From Callorhinchus milii (lineage: Eukaryota): DNA of 64,000 nt. The translations under genes and the position numbers were made by a program. How positions within the stretch are numbered: position 1 is the stretch's first letter; every line of letters begins with the position of its first letter. Under the pieces are notes generated by a model, which worked only from the letters and a program-made list of their open reading frames with translations, searched no databases and had not been told where the DNA came from. The stretch is taken from NCBI RefSeq assembly GCF_018977255.1, contig NW_024704742.1, forward strand, positions 86,678,001 through 86,742,000, in the 5' to 3' direction. This document shows, piece after piece, positions 1 to 13,154 of the stretch.

Positions 1-770
1 TAATGGTTATACTGCAGTTTATATCAGAGAGTCACGATCCCTCACTCAATACAGTTTATCTCATTTGATATACCTCAACTAGGGCACAGGGTTGTCCTGC
101 ACAGTGGTCCGAGATGCTATCCTGCATGAAGGGCCCTATATAAATGCAAATTGTTGTCAAATTACCTTGAGAAGAAGATATTTTACTAGCAACAGAAGCA
201 AAAACACATTACCAATGGCACAGTTTATATTTTGCAATGTGTGGGAGTTACAAGGATATGCACTGCTTTTTCCCTCGCCACAAAGTCACTTGGAAAATAT
301 TCTATCACTGTTTGGCAAAGTGGAACGAGATTTAATGCTGCACTATATTCCGAGATGAGGTACATCATGAACATTTATGTCATAAGCCAGCATGGTGCAA
401 CCTGCTGTGACTGTGCATCTATAAGAAATAGCTACACACATTCAATTCAGACTCACAATAGTAGTGAACTCCAGTGAAGTACTAACACATAAGAGAGATC
501 TCGAGGGTAGAAGGGACAGATTGAGGTTGCTTGTTCATACCTCCCAGCAACATTGTCTTCAGCCTGGGAACGAGGCACTTATTTATACCCACTCAGTCGA
601 GAGATTGTACATGACTCATGGAGAACCTAAAGAGGTGAGATACATAACTTGTAAACATTTCTTTACACAAAGGGCTATGAGAATGTGGAAAACACTGAAT
701 CAGAATGCAGGAGATGTAGAATTCTTTGGGTGTTTAAAGGGAGATAAATAGAAGGGAAGCCAATTGATAT

Positions 771-1420
771 ACAACAACAACAACTTGGATTTATATATCG
801 TCCTCCATGCCGGACGGCGTCTCAGAGCGCTTCACAATAACGGATCCCGGGGCTGAGCCAGGGGGAGGGGGAGGAAGGTGACCTGAAGCCGAGACCTGAA
901 AATAGGAAGAGAGGGGGCGAGAAAGGGAGTTCCAGAGCCTCGGGGAGTAGTGGCTGAAGGCGGAGGACTCGAGGGACAAGGAGGAGGCCAGTCCCGGTGG
1001 AAAGCAGGCAACGGGCACTGTTGTGAGGAGAGAGGAGGTCAGAGGTGCAGAGGAGAGGAAGGATTTGAAGACAAGGGTGAGGATCTTGAAGTCGAATCTC
1101 TCCGGGACAGGCAGCCAGTGCAGTCTGGCAAGGACTGGGGTAATCGGGGAGCGGAGTTTGGTGCGGATAAGAATGCAGGCGGCAGAGTTTTGTATGACCT
1201 GGATTTTACAGATGGTAGTGGAGGGGAGACCGGCGAGGGAGGGCATTTGAATAGTCCAGCCGAGAGGTGACAAAGGCATGGATCAGGGTTTCAGCGGCTT
1301 TTGGAGTGAGGTATTGGCGGAGACGGGTGATGCGACGGAAGTGCAAGAAAGCGGTGCTGGTGAGGGACCGGATGTGGGGGAGGAAGGATAATTGGGGTTC
1401 GAACCTGACGCCTAGGTTGC
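771..1420 (-). mobile_element. L2-clade LINE, 5'-truncated and internally deleted 3' fragment
   Basis: ORF 791-1279 gives RT C-terminal motifs (LAGLP..IQNSAA..LHWLPV..FKIL); ends in a stem-loop tail plus (TTG)n. Confidence 0.85.
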
Positions 1421-2063
1421 ATACGGGATACAGAGAAAGTCAGAGAAATAGGATTAAATGATTTGACACAATTTTAAAAAATGAGAGGGTTTGTTGAGCT
1501 CAATGGCCAAATCGTCTTTCTATATTTATAAAAATATAAAGCAAGCCTTTCGAAATTACTTCACTGCTTACCTCACATTGACTCCAAAAACAATTTGCTT
1601 TGAACACTTCTGGCATTGGAGACGTCTTGCAGATTGATGTGTTTTGATGTCATTTGAATAAATTGAGCAGCTGGTCTCCTGTCAGTCTTGGTGAAACCAG
1701 CAGCACGCTGACATCACCATAGATCAGGTAGCAAGTAACCTAAGAAGCCACTGCCTGAGTTGCATCATCTTCATTTATAATGTCTCAAAATTGGTTAAAT
1801 ATATGAAAGAAACAATACAAAAGATTATTGGGAAAGAACAGGGAATTGGGATTAGCTCCAATGGAGAAGCTGGCATGGAATGGCTTCCTATGCTGCAATG
1901 TCTATGATTTTATGAAATTAATCATTGCTCCTGAAAGGATTTTTTTATTATTTAAACCCATTACCAATAATCTGTGGTGCACTGCAACATTTAGTACTAA
2001 AGTGTTTAGCAGTGATCAACGAGTTTTGAAACGTGTACTTTAAAAAAATTATGGTTCTTGGAA

Positions 2064-2422
2064 AATAATAATAATCCTTGCATTTAAATATGGTGCCTTA
2101 TCACATCGTTGAGATGTCTCAAAGCGCTTCACAGAATATACTGCAAAGTGAATTGACTATATTTTATCGGCGAAAAGAAGCAGCCAATTTTGCTCAGCAA
2201 TGTCCCACAAACAGTCATGGGGTTGAGTGACTGAATTATTTTTCTTTTGAAAATATTACCCCTGGAAATGTGATCCGTCAATCGACGAACAACCAGGTTC
2301 CTACTTACTGCTAGGTAAACAGAGCCGTGTAAACTTGTCTAAATTTTCACTCTGCTCAGGAATTGAACCCGGGTTCTCTCGCTTGTGAGGCGAGTGCTCT
2401 AATCAATTTGCTACAGGACCCC
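2064..2422 (-). mobile_element. tRNA-headed SINE with L2-like tail (long variant)
   Basis: A/B-box head, GTTTGTGGGACA core and (ATT)n tail; more than 10 related copies in the window. Confidence 0.85.
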
Positions 2423-2525
2423 ACAAGTTTATGAGTAAGCTAGTTTTGAAAAGTGCACTTTAAAAACTTGTGGCTCTTGGTTGCCAGTGCATATCTGATG
2501 ACTCAACTATTCTGTCTTCTTACAG

Positions 2526-2666
2526 ATCTGTAGCCTTATGCGAGGAGGAATAGCAGAACGAGGAGGAGTACGGGTTGGTCATCGGATCATAGAAATCAAT
2601 GGGCAAAGTGTAGTAGCAACACCTCATGAAAAGATAGTCCATGTTCTGTCCAATGCAGTTGGTGAG
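2526..2666 (+). CDS. APBA1: APBA1 (X11alpha/Mint1) penultimate coding exon, PDZ2
   Basis: tacag|ATC...GAG|gtaagt; 47 codons [47 protein letters not shown]. Confidence 0.96.
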
Positions 2667-5600
2667 GTAAGTAGTTCAATTTATCTCTGTCATACGTAAT
2701 GAATAATTGATGCAGTTTAATTTCCTTCATTTCAAACAAAGCGTTTTGAGGAATCAGATTATAGCTATGGGAAATCAGAGTTTAGCAATGTTCCTTTTTT
2801 TTCACGTATGTTAATTTTTTAAAGGCCTGCTGCTAATGGGTTCAGCATTCTCCAAAAGAGTGATTAGCAATGATTCTCTGCTTCTCAATAAATTTTATCA
2901 CAAAACATGGAATAACCCCCTTTTATGTTTATGTCCTTCAGTTCTACAAGTGAAAATTAAAATATACTTATAATTAAATTAAAACATAACATTTTATAAA
3001 ATTAAACTTCTATAAAATTAAACTATACTTGTTAAAAATTGCACCCACGTTGAGTGAGACTCCAGTTTTGACCAACAATTTTTATGATATGTTCCCAATA
3101 ACATTATTCTGGTGTGAAGGTACCATCATTTGTGTTTCTCTGTTGAGGTTGAGGTTTAACTTCTGCAATGCAAAAACAAAGCATCCGAACATGAAGGAAC
3201 AAGTTGCAAACATTTTTCAGAAGTCACCCCTCTGATTGCAGCTGGAGATGTATGTCTGCACTGAGCATGACTAGACTTGAATCTATCAGTATGAATGGTC
3301 AATCCTGGCGGAAGTTCTCTCCAAATGAATCCTGCCTCACCCATTCCTCCAGCCCTGTAACTAAAAATATTTAAGCTTTCAAAACCATCACCTTACATAC
3401 CCTGCTTTGTTCTCAATTAAAACCCATGGTAACATTCTCTTTCATTAATAATCCTAATAAATAATACTTAGATGTCATTAAATCTTCCCATCTTGGCTTA
3501 CTTCTAATAACTTGTGGGGAATCCTTGCATTCGCTATTGTGATAGTGACAGGAGGAAATTCAGTTGTAAAAAGAAATGACGGTAGATGCACCTCTCTGTG
3601 TTTTACAGTAGAGAATTTTACTTGTTTCGCTTTTTCAGTTAGAACAGAGTAAAACAGGGCATCACAGTGCGTCAGCGTGTTGAGCGAGTATGCTTTGGTT
3701 CTCCAGTGTGCTGTCCTGTAACAACTACAACAACAACTTGGATTTATATAGCACCCCTCACGCAGGGTAGTGTCCAAGAGAGCTTGTAAAGAAATCACAC
3801 AAAAAAACTGTAAATGTATGAGACGATGTAGTGAAGGAATTAAATCAGAATTTTTTTTATATCGTGTGTCTGACCTTTACTGAGATGGCAGATGCTGCCA
3901 CAGAGTTGCAGCTTTAAGGCCTGTATTGCATTATAAATTTGAGCAGAGTGGGCGAGCATGAAAGTCTTAAGTGTAAGCTTGCAAGTGAAGTGCCTCCATT
4001 GTGTGACATTCCCACCGGTTCTGCAGCTAGTAAATGTAATTAGCTGTATTATCTCATGTGACCTTGAACTTGCCTTAATAGCGGAAAAGAATAGCTGAGG
4101 GCTGACTTGAATGCCAAGCAAATTTACAGCTTTCACATTGAAAGAACCTTAGGATGAACAGTAATTTGCGTGGCTGACCTCTTCAGACATCTTGGCTTAC
4201 TTATTAAAGTATCCTTTTTGACATGTTTCTTAGAAGGTAGTTGGAGTAAACTTCATTCTGAGACAATCAGCAGGACCAGGGAATAACAGGCTCTTCATGT
4301 TGGCCATTTAAAAGAAAGGAACAAAAAATGATTTCATTGATGGTAATAACACACTTCAAATGTAGCTTATTGTTAATAATTAATCATTTGCAAACAAAGA
4401 GCATACTCCTAAAATACGATATAATAAAATATACTTTACAAACCCTTTTGAAATCCCTATCTTCCGACGTGAAAGGCGCTATACAAGCGCAAGTTGTTGT
4501 TGTTGTTATTGTTGTTGTTGACTTCTCTTTAGTGCCTGAACTGCTGTATTCTTTTCTTAAATTTAGCTTTGCTTTACATCTGCTAGACCTTGTTCTAGTC
4601 ATTTTACATTTAGCAAACTTTCAAACATTTCATCTGTTTTCCTGAACTCCCTCCGGTGGGCGTATCAGGAGAACACACCTCCAAACTGCAAAATAGCCCT
4701 CCAGTTGAGTTAGCGGAAAGCGAAGCTAAAAGACAAGGTCTTCAGCTAATGGAAGTCCCAAGAGTCCTGACCATTGATCCAATCCTGTCAGATCAGACAC
4801 TGCCTGTGTCAATGTTTTGACCTGACTTAAGCATGACACCACAGAATGCTGATGCTGGACATTTCTCACTGTTGGCAGTAGCAGCCCATTGAAACCAGGA
4901 CAAACTAATTCTATGACACTCCAAGGAGATTTTTTTTAAACCATAAATAGGTCTGTATTCTATTTTGTGAAGAAATTCTGCCTTGCTCTTCCCTATCTCC
5001 GTGACCTGTTAACTCAACAGTAACCTGTCCGCTCCCTCCACTCAACGAGCTCCGGCCTGCTCCATGTCCCCCACCTGGCTTGCCCCACCTTGGGGGTCCA
5101 GCCTTCAGCCTCTCTGCCCCCACCCATTGGAACTCCATCCCAAAGTCCCTTCACCTTGTCATGGTCACCCTCCTTTTTTTTACATAACCTGTCTGTCTGT
5201 AATAATTATCTTTTCTGTTATTTAATGTATGTGTTGGAAACTTTAACCTATTGAACGTGTTTAATGTTTCTATTTTGTAGTTTAAAGCATTGATTGCTTA
5301 AATGCGGTTATTGTCTGACCCAAATGCACTCGGGTAAACCCGTACTAACGTAGAAAGTTTGAAAAAGAACTAGCAACGTGGGGAGCCAAGTGCAACGTCT
5401 ACACCCTTAATTTATATCTCCACGATATGGCTCGCTCCTCCCTCGCAGAGTGTACTGGGTGGCCTCTGTAAACGCATGGCACATAGTGAGCATATGGAGT
5501 TTGCAGCTCATCACACTGTTTACATCCATTAAGTTTGTCGCAAACCACGTTTTGCTTCTTGTTAGCCAGGTGTAGTGAAATCGGGCCAGAAGGAACTGGA

Positions 5601-6349
5601 TCCTTTCCATGGTAGTTAAATACAGTGCAAACACTTTGTATTAATGTATCTACTACTTATATAGATCATTCTTAATCTTTATTTAAGGTGAAAACCTGAG
5701 AGTTTTGTAATAATTAGGGCTTAATGCAACCAAGATTGTTCTGAATACAGAACATATAACTGTTAGTGAGGAGTTCACGGACACAAGAGAATCCCACTCT
5801 CATGTGCCATTCATTTAATTTCTAACTTTGAATTGTCACTTTCTTTAAGTATTAAAAACGTAAATTTGTTTCAGCAGTTCTCAATTGTCAGTATCGAAGG
5901 GGCTGAACTCCCACTTTATTTCTTGTACTGTCCATTGACTTTCTAATTCACTTTTTAAATATATATATATTTTATGATCTATTTGTGCTCATCAAGACAT
6001 GTTGAAGGTAAAAAGGGAACATTACCCTCTTTGATCATCCAGTTTCAGCCTTGTCAGGTGTCAGGTCAGGTGTAGCCCTTGTCAGATTTGCAGTGTAAAG
6101 TTCCCTCTCCCTGTCACAAAACCAACCTCAGAAGAATACCTTATAGTCCAGTAATTTGGATTTAATCCAAGAGCCGAGGTTTTAGAAGTGCATGCTCATA
6201 CCTTCTTGACCCGATCAGAGAATATTGACTTTAAAAACACAGGTGTTGTTTACGCCCCTCCCATTTTAATCTGTCTTTTCTGTCTATCTGTGTAATTTTA
6301 TGCTCTCTAATTTGATATACTTGCTTTCTTGCTTCGTGTGATTAGAAAA

Positions 6350-7050
6350 ATGGCAGTTAATAACATAGGAGTAGAGCAATGGTCCAGCTTCCTAAAAGGT
6401 TCCTAAAACAGGTCAATCTAGTTCCCTAATTAACCCGAATACTTCTTGTGTCTAAGAACTTGTCTGGTTTCTTTTTGGAAAACTTGCATAGTTCTTGTTT
6501 CACCACTTGTACTGGAAGATTGTTGGTATTCTGGAGGGATGAGTCAGATGGACCAAACAGCCTTCTTCATCCGAACCAATCTTGTGATATAGGGGAATAT
6601 AATAGCATGAACAGCTGGGCCTAGCACTGATCCTTGCAGGACAGCACTGGTCACAGCATGACAATCAGAAAGTGTCCCTTTGAACCCAACTCTGTCTTAC
6701 CTCCCAAGACAATCTCCTAGCCATAGAGCTAGGTTTAGATTGGAAATTGGAGAGAGGGAAATCAGTAACAAGAGGGTATAAGTTAAGTATTACTAGAGAG
6801 AAAAGAGGAATGTTAAGTATTTTTAATTTTAGGATTTAAGAATATCAAATGTGTTTCAACAAATGGCTATTGAAGCTGTGTCCACAACAGCATTTCAGAG
6901 GGAATAGGATAATTACTTAAGGAAATATATAATAAGTATAGGGAAAGAGCAGGGGAATAGGATAAGAGTGTAAGTAGTAGTGGGGAAATGAGCAACAGCA
7001 CAGATGTGATGGGCTGAATGGCCTCCTTCTGTATTGTAAGCTTTCTGCTG
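6350..7050. mobile_element. Cluster of decayed CR1-clade LINE fragments in both orientations
   Basis: CR1-type 3' ends (gggctgaatggcctccttctg; gatggaccaaacagccttctt) and RT-region remnants. Confidence 0.6.
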
Positions 7051-7207
7051 TGTGCAAAGGTGAATTTGCAATCACTTTAAATAGCAATGAAAATACAAAA
7101 GTAGTTAATAAGTTAGATTTGTCATTGTATCTATCGGCTATTGAGTGTAGATGATGTTTCTGCTCTGTATGAATCCACCTTAATCTATTTCCTAACGTCT
7201 GGCCTAG

Positions 7208-7279
7208 ATCCACATGAAGACCATGCCAGCCGCTATGTACAGACTGCTGACTGCCCAGGAACAACCCGTTTACATCTGA
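7208..7279 (+). CDS. APBA1: APBA1 terminal coding exon
   Basis: cctag|ATC...; IHMKTMPAAMYRLLTAQEQPVYI-stop; the EQPVYI end fits APBA1 rather than APBA2 (ETPLYI). Confidence 0.96.
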   Translation: MHMKTMPAAMYRLLTAQEQPVYI

Positions 7280-10200
7280 GGGGCTAAAACGTCAGTCACC
7301 ATAAAGTGGACACGTCTGTGTGGTTTGGTTGTGTTAGCATTGCTGCATTTCTGTGATGGCAGATTTTTTTTAAAATGTGTTGTGTTTTGACAAAATTTGT
7401 TAACTCTGATGTTTTTCGGAGGTGCAGCTTTGTGTGGTTTCTAGAAATTAATGTAAATAAATATAATGCGGACTAATTTTCACAAATTTCTCCACACTTA
7501 GGCTAGGTACCTGAACACGTATATTCTTTTGCAAAGGTTTTGACATTGTTAAGGGAGCACTTTTCAAAGAAGTATGCTGTTCGAACACACACAACGATTG
7601 AATGAATGCCTCATTGGGAAATGGGTTTAAGCCCAAAAGAATTTTTAAGGAACATTTAAAAATTGTGATATTTGCTGAAAGCCACATGTCCCACTGAGAA
7701 GGATTGTGCAACGCCTCGCTCCTAATGCTTTATTTTGTACCTTTTAACATTCCAGCTGAATTGTGTTATTTATTTTGTTTGCTTCACTGAAACATTCTCA
7801 CAAAAAGAACGTGAAAGATCAAAACCATTGTTATTTGACAATCTCAAAAACTAAATTGAAGAAAGTCGTCTTTGTTTCATAAGATAATAATAACCTTGCA
7901 TTTGGTTTATAGCAGGGATTTTATTTTCAATATTTGTTACATGCATTCTGTACCTTTAAGGAAAAGTAGCCGATGAGAAGGTTTTATTTGAGCTGTGTTT
8001 AAAACAATGTGTTTACATCTAACTCTTCTTTTCATGACTTCTGCTTTGATGTAAAATGAATCCACCAATGGGATCCTTCGAAACTGCTGTTCTGATTTCT
8101 GATGGGAACGTGAATAGAAAACTCGACTTAAAACCCAACATGTGGTGGGTGAGAGTATACGACTCAGTTAAAGGCAAGAATCTGACTAGGTTATCAATGG
8201 TCCCTAACTTGTGCTCACACTGATCCCATCAGCAGTGAAACTGAGTGGATGGTAGTGTTAATATGTACTCTCATGTCGCTGCTGCTGTTTTCACAGAGAA
8301 GAAAACATTGAGATGCAATTCCCCTTTAAGACAATGTAGGTTCCCCCTCCACACATACACACACACACATAGACACATTTTAATTTTATATAAAAGAAAC
8401 TATATGCCATACAAAAGTAGATGTCTTATGAAACTCCTAAACTGTACAGTACTTTGCAGTGCATTGCATCAGGATCGTTCCGTATTGTGGCCTGAACCTG
8501 TCATCTGCCTTCATTCCTGAATTACTGTACACTGCTGTAATGTGCTGCTAAGTCTAATGTGCTGATTGTCCTCTACATCTCTGTAGGGCTGGGACTAAAC
8601 TGGTTGCCTGATATGGACCACATACGCCAGAACGGCCCACTAAAGGCCCTGGTGTATAGCCGAGGAGGCAGCTCCAGGCACTGACAATGATGGGTTAAAG
8701 CATTAAGTGACAGCAACGTCCCTTGATCCGGGGAGGAAATGAAGAAACTTCCCACCTCTTCCCCCACAACACAAGCAGTAATTCAGTACAATGATAAATT
8801 TACCTTTAGACAAGCATTACCCAATGGGGAGTGTAAAACTAATACATTTATCTGACGTTGATAGGCATGTTTCATTATGACTGGTTAAGAGCATTGTCCA
8901 ACATGGCACACATTTCTGAGCACTAAAATAATGGCAATAGGTAGCTTTTGGAGTGGAGGGTGGTGGGGGGACCATTAATACAGCTTCACTTTTGTAAAGC
9001 TTATTTATTGACTCTTGGAGCTAGGTTAATTCAATATAAAAGAACAAAGTAGGGTTTTTTTTCGAGAGAAAAGAGACTGAAACTATAAGGATTCACCTCT
9101 GTTGGCAGAGCTGCTTGAGATTTTCACACACTACTGCTGTTTACACATGAACCAAAAGGTCACATTACACTTACTCCTCGTCTTGCTCTGTAGCATTGTT
9201 ACTTGAAGTAATTCCAATGGCATGATACAAACTAATGGTTTCAGTCATTCAGTGGCTTGTGTGTTAATATTTATAGTCAATTTCTGCAGCTGCTGATGTG
9301 ACTTAATGTAAATATTTTACGCAGTACTAGAAATATCAAGTATATCATATTTTTTTTCTCTTGTAATGTGGTGCAATAGAGAATAATGTGAAACATCGGG
9401 AAAGTATAGTATTGCAATGGTAACAAATCCGTTCTTTGTAAACTGATGTCAATTCATGTGCGTCAGCTATTAAGTATGACTTGAATAATGCACTGCTAAT
9501 GAATGTAGTTTCTCTTCAATATTATTTGATCATATATCTACAATATCCATTCTTGTTTATAATACAGCAGCAATGTTTATTTATTACTTTCAGGAATACT
9601 GTTTGGAGAGTGATATGTTTAACAAGCTACTTTCCTTAACATTCTTGTTCCTCAGCAGCTATGAAGGGAAAGAATGAACACTTCCTTCACTCCTCATGTG
9701 TTTCCATTCATTTCCCCCCCTCTAAATTGTTAACTTTTCGAATGCTGAATTACACACTGAGAACAATGCATAGAATACATGGAACATAAACAATCTAAGG
9801 ATAGTCGAAGTGTCTTAACCCGATGCCTTTGGACACAAAGCTCCAAGGCTCTGGCGGAGTTCCCCACAATGGATTTAATTGACTGAACAGGACAATTGGC
9901 AGCAACTCCCAGATACCTGACGAACCCAGGCCACTCAGAGAAAAGAAACTGATCTGTGTGTACTGTAGACATGATGGGTGTCACTGCATTTTCCTTTTGA
10001 CAGAATGGAAGGTAATGAGAAGGGAGAAAGAGGGGACAATAAACCTTTGCGGACACTGGACTGCATTGCCACTCTTTCTCCTTTTCTTTGGTGTTTTGAA
10101 ATTCTGTTGGTTGGAAATATTACACTTGAAGTTTCACGAGACTCCAAAGTACAGCATGAGAACAGGCCAACATGCAGACAACAAGCAAAGGCGTTCTTTA

Positions 10201-10690
10201 AATCCCAATTAAGTGGGCGTGCATTAAGTGGTGTCTTTTCTTATCCATTACTTCTGCCTCGGGGCCGCGGGTAGGAGAGGGGAGGTTGAGAGGGAAACAA
10301 GTGCTTTGAAAATGGGCTAAACAACATCATTTCCTTTTTCTCCAAAGATAATGGTGTATTTTTAAAAAAATATATATTGTCGTTAAATTCTAACAAATGC
10401 CTACACTAAGCTAAGACAATAGGACTGTAGTAAAGGCGTCTCTTTAAGAGGGAAGTGCGGAGCCTTAACTACCTTAAATTGTTGAATGCCTTTCCTTGTT
10501 GGCTTGTCATGCACTGCACTTCTCTCTTTTTGACCAACGTTCCCCCATGTTGCCTTTCTGTAGCTGTCTCAGTAGCTGCTGTGCTATGTGTTGCATGTAT
10601 TTACCTCTGTAACAGGTTGTGTTCTGTCACTGTATGCACAAGGCATGTGCCTCGCAACTCTGACCAATAAAATTTAACACAAACAATAGC
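7280..10690 (+). other. APBA1: Probable APBA1 3'UTR (~3.4 kb)
   Basis: Follows the stop codon, has no recognisable interspersed repeats, and ends at AATAAA 10666. Confidence 0.65.
10666..10671 (+). terminator. Candidate APBA1 poly(A) signal
   Basis: AATAAA at the end of the repeat-free block with T-rich sequence downstream. Confidence 0.6.
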
Positions 10691-10954
10691 TGAATGGTGT
10701 CAAAACTTTCTTTTGGGCCTCCCACTAATTTTTCTCTTTCAAATTTTGTTTCCCATCTTGAAGACATTGTGGCTTTTCCCACATGGCTGCATACAGAGTG
10801 GCCGAGTCTCCCGCCTTGACTCTTGCCAAGCTGTGGTGTGTGTGAGCTTGGGCCTTGGGCCTAGGGGTGGAGAGCTGGGCAGTAGATGCTTTCTGAGAGA
10901 CACAGTCAATCTTTTCTGTTGGATAAGATTAATAAGAGTTATGTTTCTCTATTG

Positions 10955-12022
10955 TACAGGGTGAAATCTTAGGCAAGTTTCTTCACTCCGCATGCCTCTA
11001 GGAACTGGGTTCTTACTTACTATTTGCCTAGCGGTAACAACCAGCAACAAAATTAAATTTATAGAGTGCCCTTCACGTCGGGAGGACATCCCAAGGGATC
11101 AGGACCTGAGCGTGGGGGGAGGTGGGGTAGGGGTGAGGAAACGCAAAGAGGTGGGAGGGTGACCGAAGGCACAATCGAAGAGGAGGGTCTTGAGACCAGC
11201 CTTGAAGGAGGCAAGGGAGGAAACGAGGTGAAGGGACTGTGGGATGGAGTTCCAGAGCGTGGGGGCAGAGAGGCTGAAAGCTTGGCCACCAATGGTAGGG
11301 CAGGTCGGGTGGGAGACATGGAGCAGACCAGAGCCTGATGAACGGAGAGAGCGGGCAGGTTGGTAGGGAGTCAGCAGGTCAGAGAGGTAGGAGGGGGCAA
11401 GGCCATGGATGGTCTTGAAAGTGAGGACGAGGATCTTGAATTTGATCCTCTGGGGGATGGGGAGCCAGTGGAGTCGGGTGAGGGTGGGAGTGATGGGGTC
11501 ACGGAGCCTGGTGCGTGAGAGTACACAAGCTTCGGAGTTTTGGATGATCTGCAGCTTGTGAAGGGAAGAGTTGAGAATGCCGATGAGGAGGGAATTTCCA
11601 TAATTGAGGTGACAAATGCATGGATAAGGGTTTCGGCAGCCTGAGGGGTGAGGCAGTGGCGGAGTCTGGCAATGTTGGGGAGGTGGTGGTAGGCAGTGCT
11701 GGTCATAGCGCGGATGTGGGGGAGAAAGGACAGTTCAGGTCAAACAAGACACCCAGGTTCCTGACTGGCTTAAGTAAGTAGAGACCTGGTTGTTAGTCGA
11801 TTGGTGGATCATTTTCTGGGGATAATATTCCCTCCAAAATTTAAAAAAAATTTGTTTACTCAATCCATGACTGTTAGTAGGTCAATGCTGGGCACAATTG
11901 GCTGCCGCTTTTTGTTGACATAACATACACTCAATTCACTTTACAGTATATTCTGTGAACCGTTTTGAAATGTATCAATGGCGTGATCAAGCGCTATATT
12001 AAATGCAAAGGATTATTATTAT
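10955..12022 (+). mobile_element. tRNA-headed SINE (head truncated) split by an antisense L2 fragment (~11038-11773)
   Basis: SINE body stops at gcggtaa and resumes at gtaagtag; the insert encodes L2 RT motifs (NIARLRHCLTPQAAETLIHAFVTS). Confidence 0.8.
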
Positions 12023-12024
12023 AA

Positions 12025-13154
12025 GGGCTATAATAGAAAAGTGCAGCCACAATTTTTCCACAGAATCTGCTATGAACCCACTAAATTCTAAGTTTCTGGC
12101 GTCTGAGCCTCTTGTGCTGTTTATCCGACGCAACTGTGTGTGGGGAAACATCGTCCGGGACTGGTCAGTATATGGCTCAAGCGGGAAATGGGCTATGCTC
12201 CACTCGGAGGCCCCAATGTTGTGATTGCCTGCATGTGTGTCTCTTAAGTATTTGTGAGTGTGTCTTTGTGAGTGAGTCTCTCTCCTCTGTATGTGTTTGT
12301 TAGTGTCTCTGTGAGTATTCTGTGTGTGAGTGTGTCTCTCTCTGTGTTTGTGAATGTCTATAGGAGTGTCTCTCCTGTATGTGTGTCTGTAAGTCTCTGT
12401 GTGTACTCTGTATGTATGTGTTTGTGAGTGTGTGTGTGTGTCTCTTCTATGCGTGTTTATGAGTGTCTGTGAATGTGTATGTGTGTCTCTCTGAGAATGT
12501 ATCAGTATCTGTGAGTGTGTCTCTGTGTCTGTGAGTGTTTATGTGTCTGTGTGTGTATCTCTCTGTGCCTGTGTGTGTCTGTGAGTGTGTCTCTGTCTGT
12601 GAGTGTGTGAATGTGTGCCTCAGTGTCTGTAAGTGTGTGGGTGTGCCTTCCTGTGTCTGTGTTTGCTTGTGCCTCTATGTGTGTCTCTTTGTCTGTGTGT
12701 GTGTGTGTGTGTCTCTCTGTGTCTGTGTGTCTCTCTCTGGGTCTGTGAGCATGTGTGTGTCTCACACTCTGTGTCTGTGAGTGTGTATCTCTCTCCGTCT
12801 CTGAGTCAGTGCGCAGTGCTGAGCCCCGAGAAGTGGTGAGTTCCTGTAGCTCCGCAGTCAGGATACTGTCTGTTTTGGTGGATCTGCAGGCCTTTTGGGC
12901 TGGTGCTGGTGTCTTCCCGCTCCCCCCACCTCCCAAATGGGCCACCCAGTTTTGTTTAAAGAAATTAATCATTCATTTTTGCAACTTCTAATATGTTATA
13001 TCCTCATATTTAGTTTTGATCAATAAAGTGAAAAAATGTAGGTTGGCAGTAAAATGTACCTCATTAGCACCAAACAACCCCTGCAATTTTCCACAAATTT
13101 TGACAAATTTCCTCACAATTTTAGTCAAATATTTCCACACTTTTCTATTGGCCC
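12025..13154. mobile_element. Non-autonomous TIR element carrying an internal microsatellite
   Basis: Imperfect TIRs GGGCTATAATAGAAAAGTG / CACTTTTCTATTGGCCC. Confidence 0.55.
12230..12805. repeat. Degenerate (GT)n/(CT)n microsatellite
   Basis: Low-complexity gtgtgt/ctctct/gtgag units seen directly. Confidence 0.95.

Noticed and set aside
5300..5635. CpG-richer unique block in the last APBA1 intron
   Set aside because: No convincing splice sites, homology or structure visible; nothing supportable
12502..12972. HT-rich and VC-rich ORFs
   Set aside because: Translations of a microsatellite
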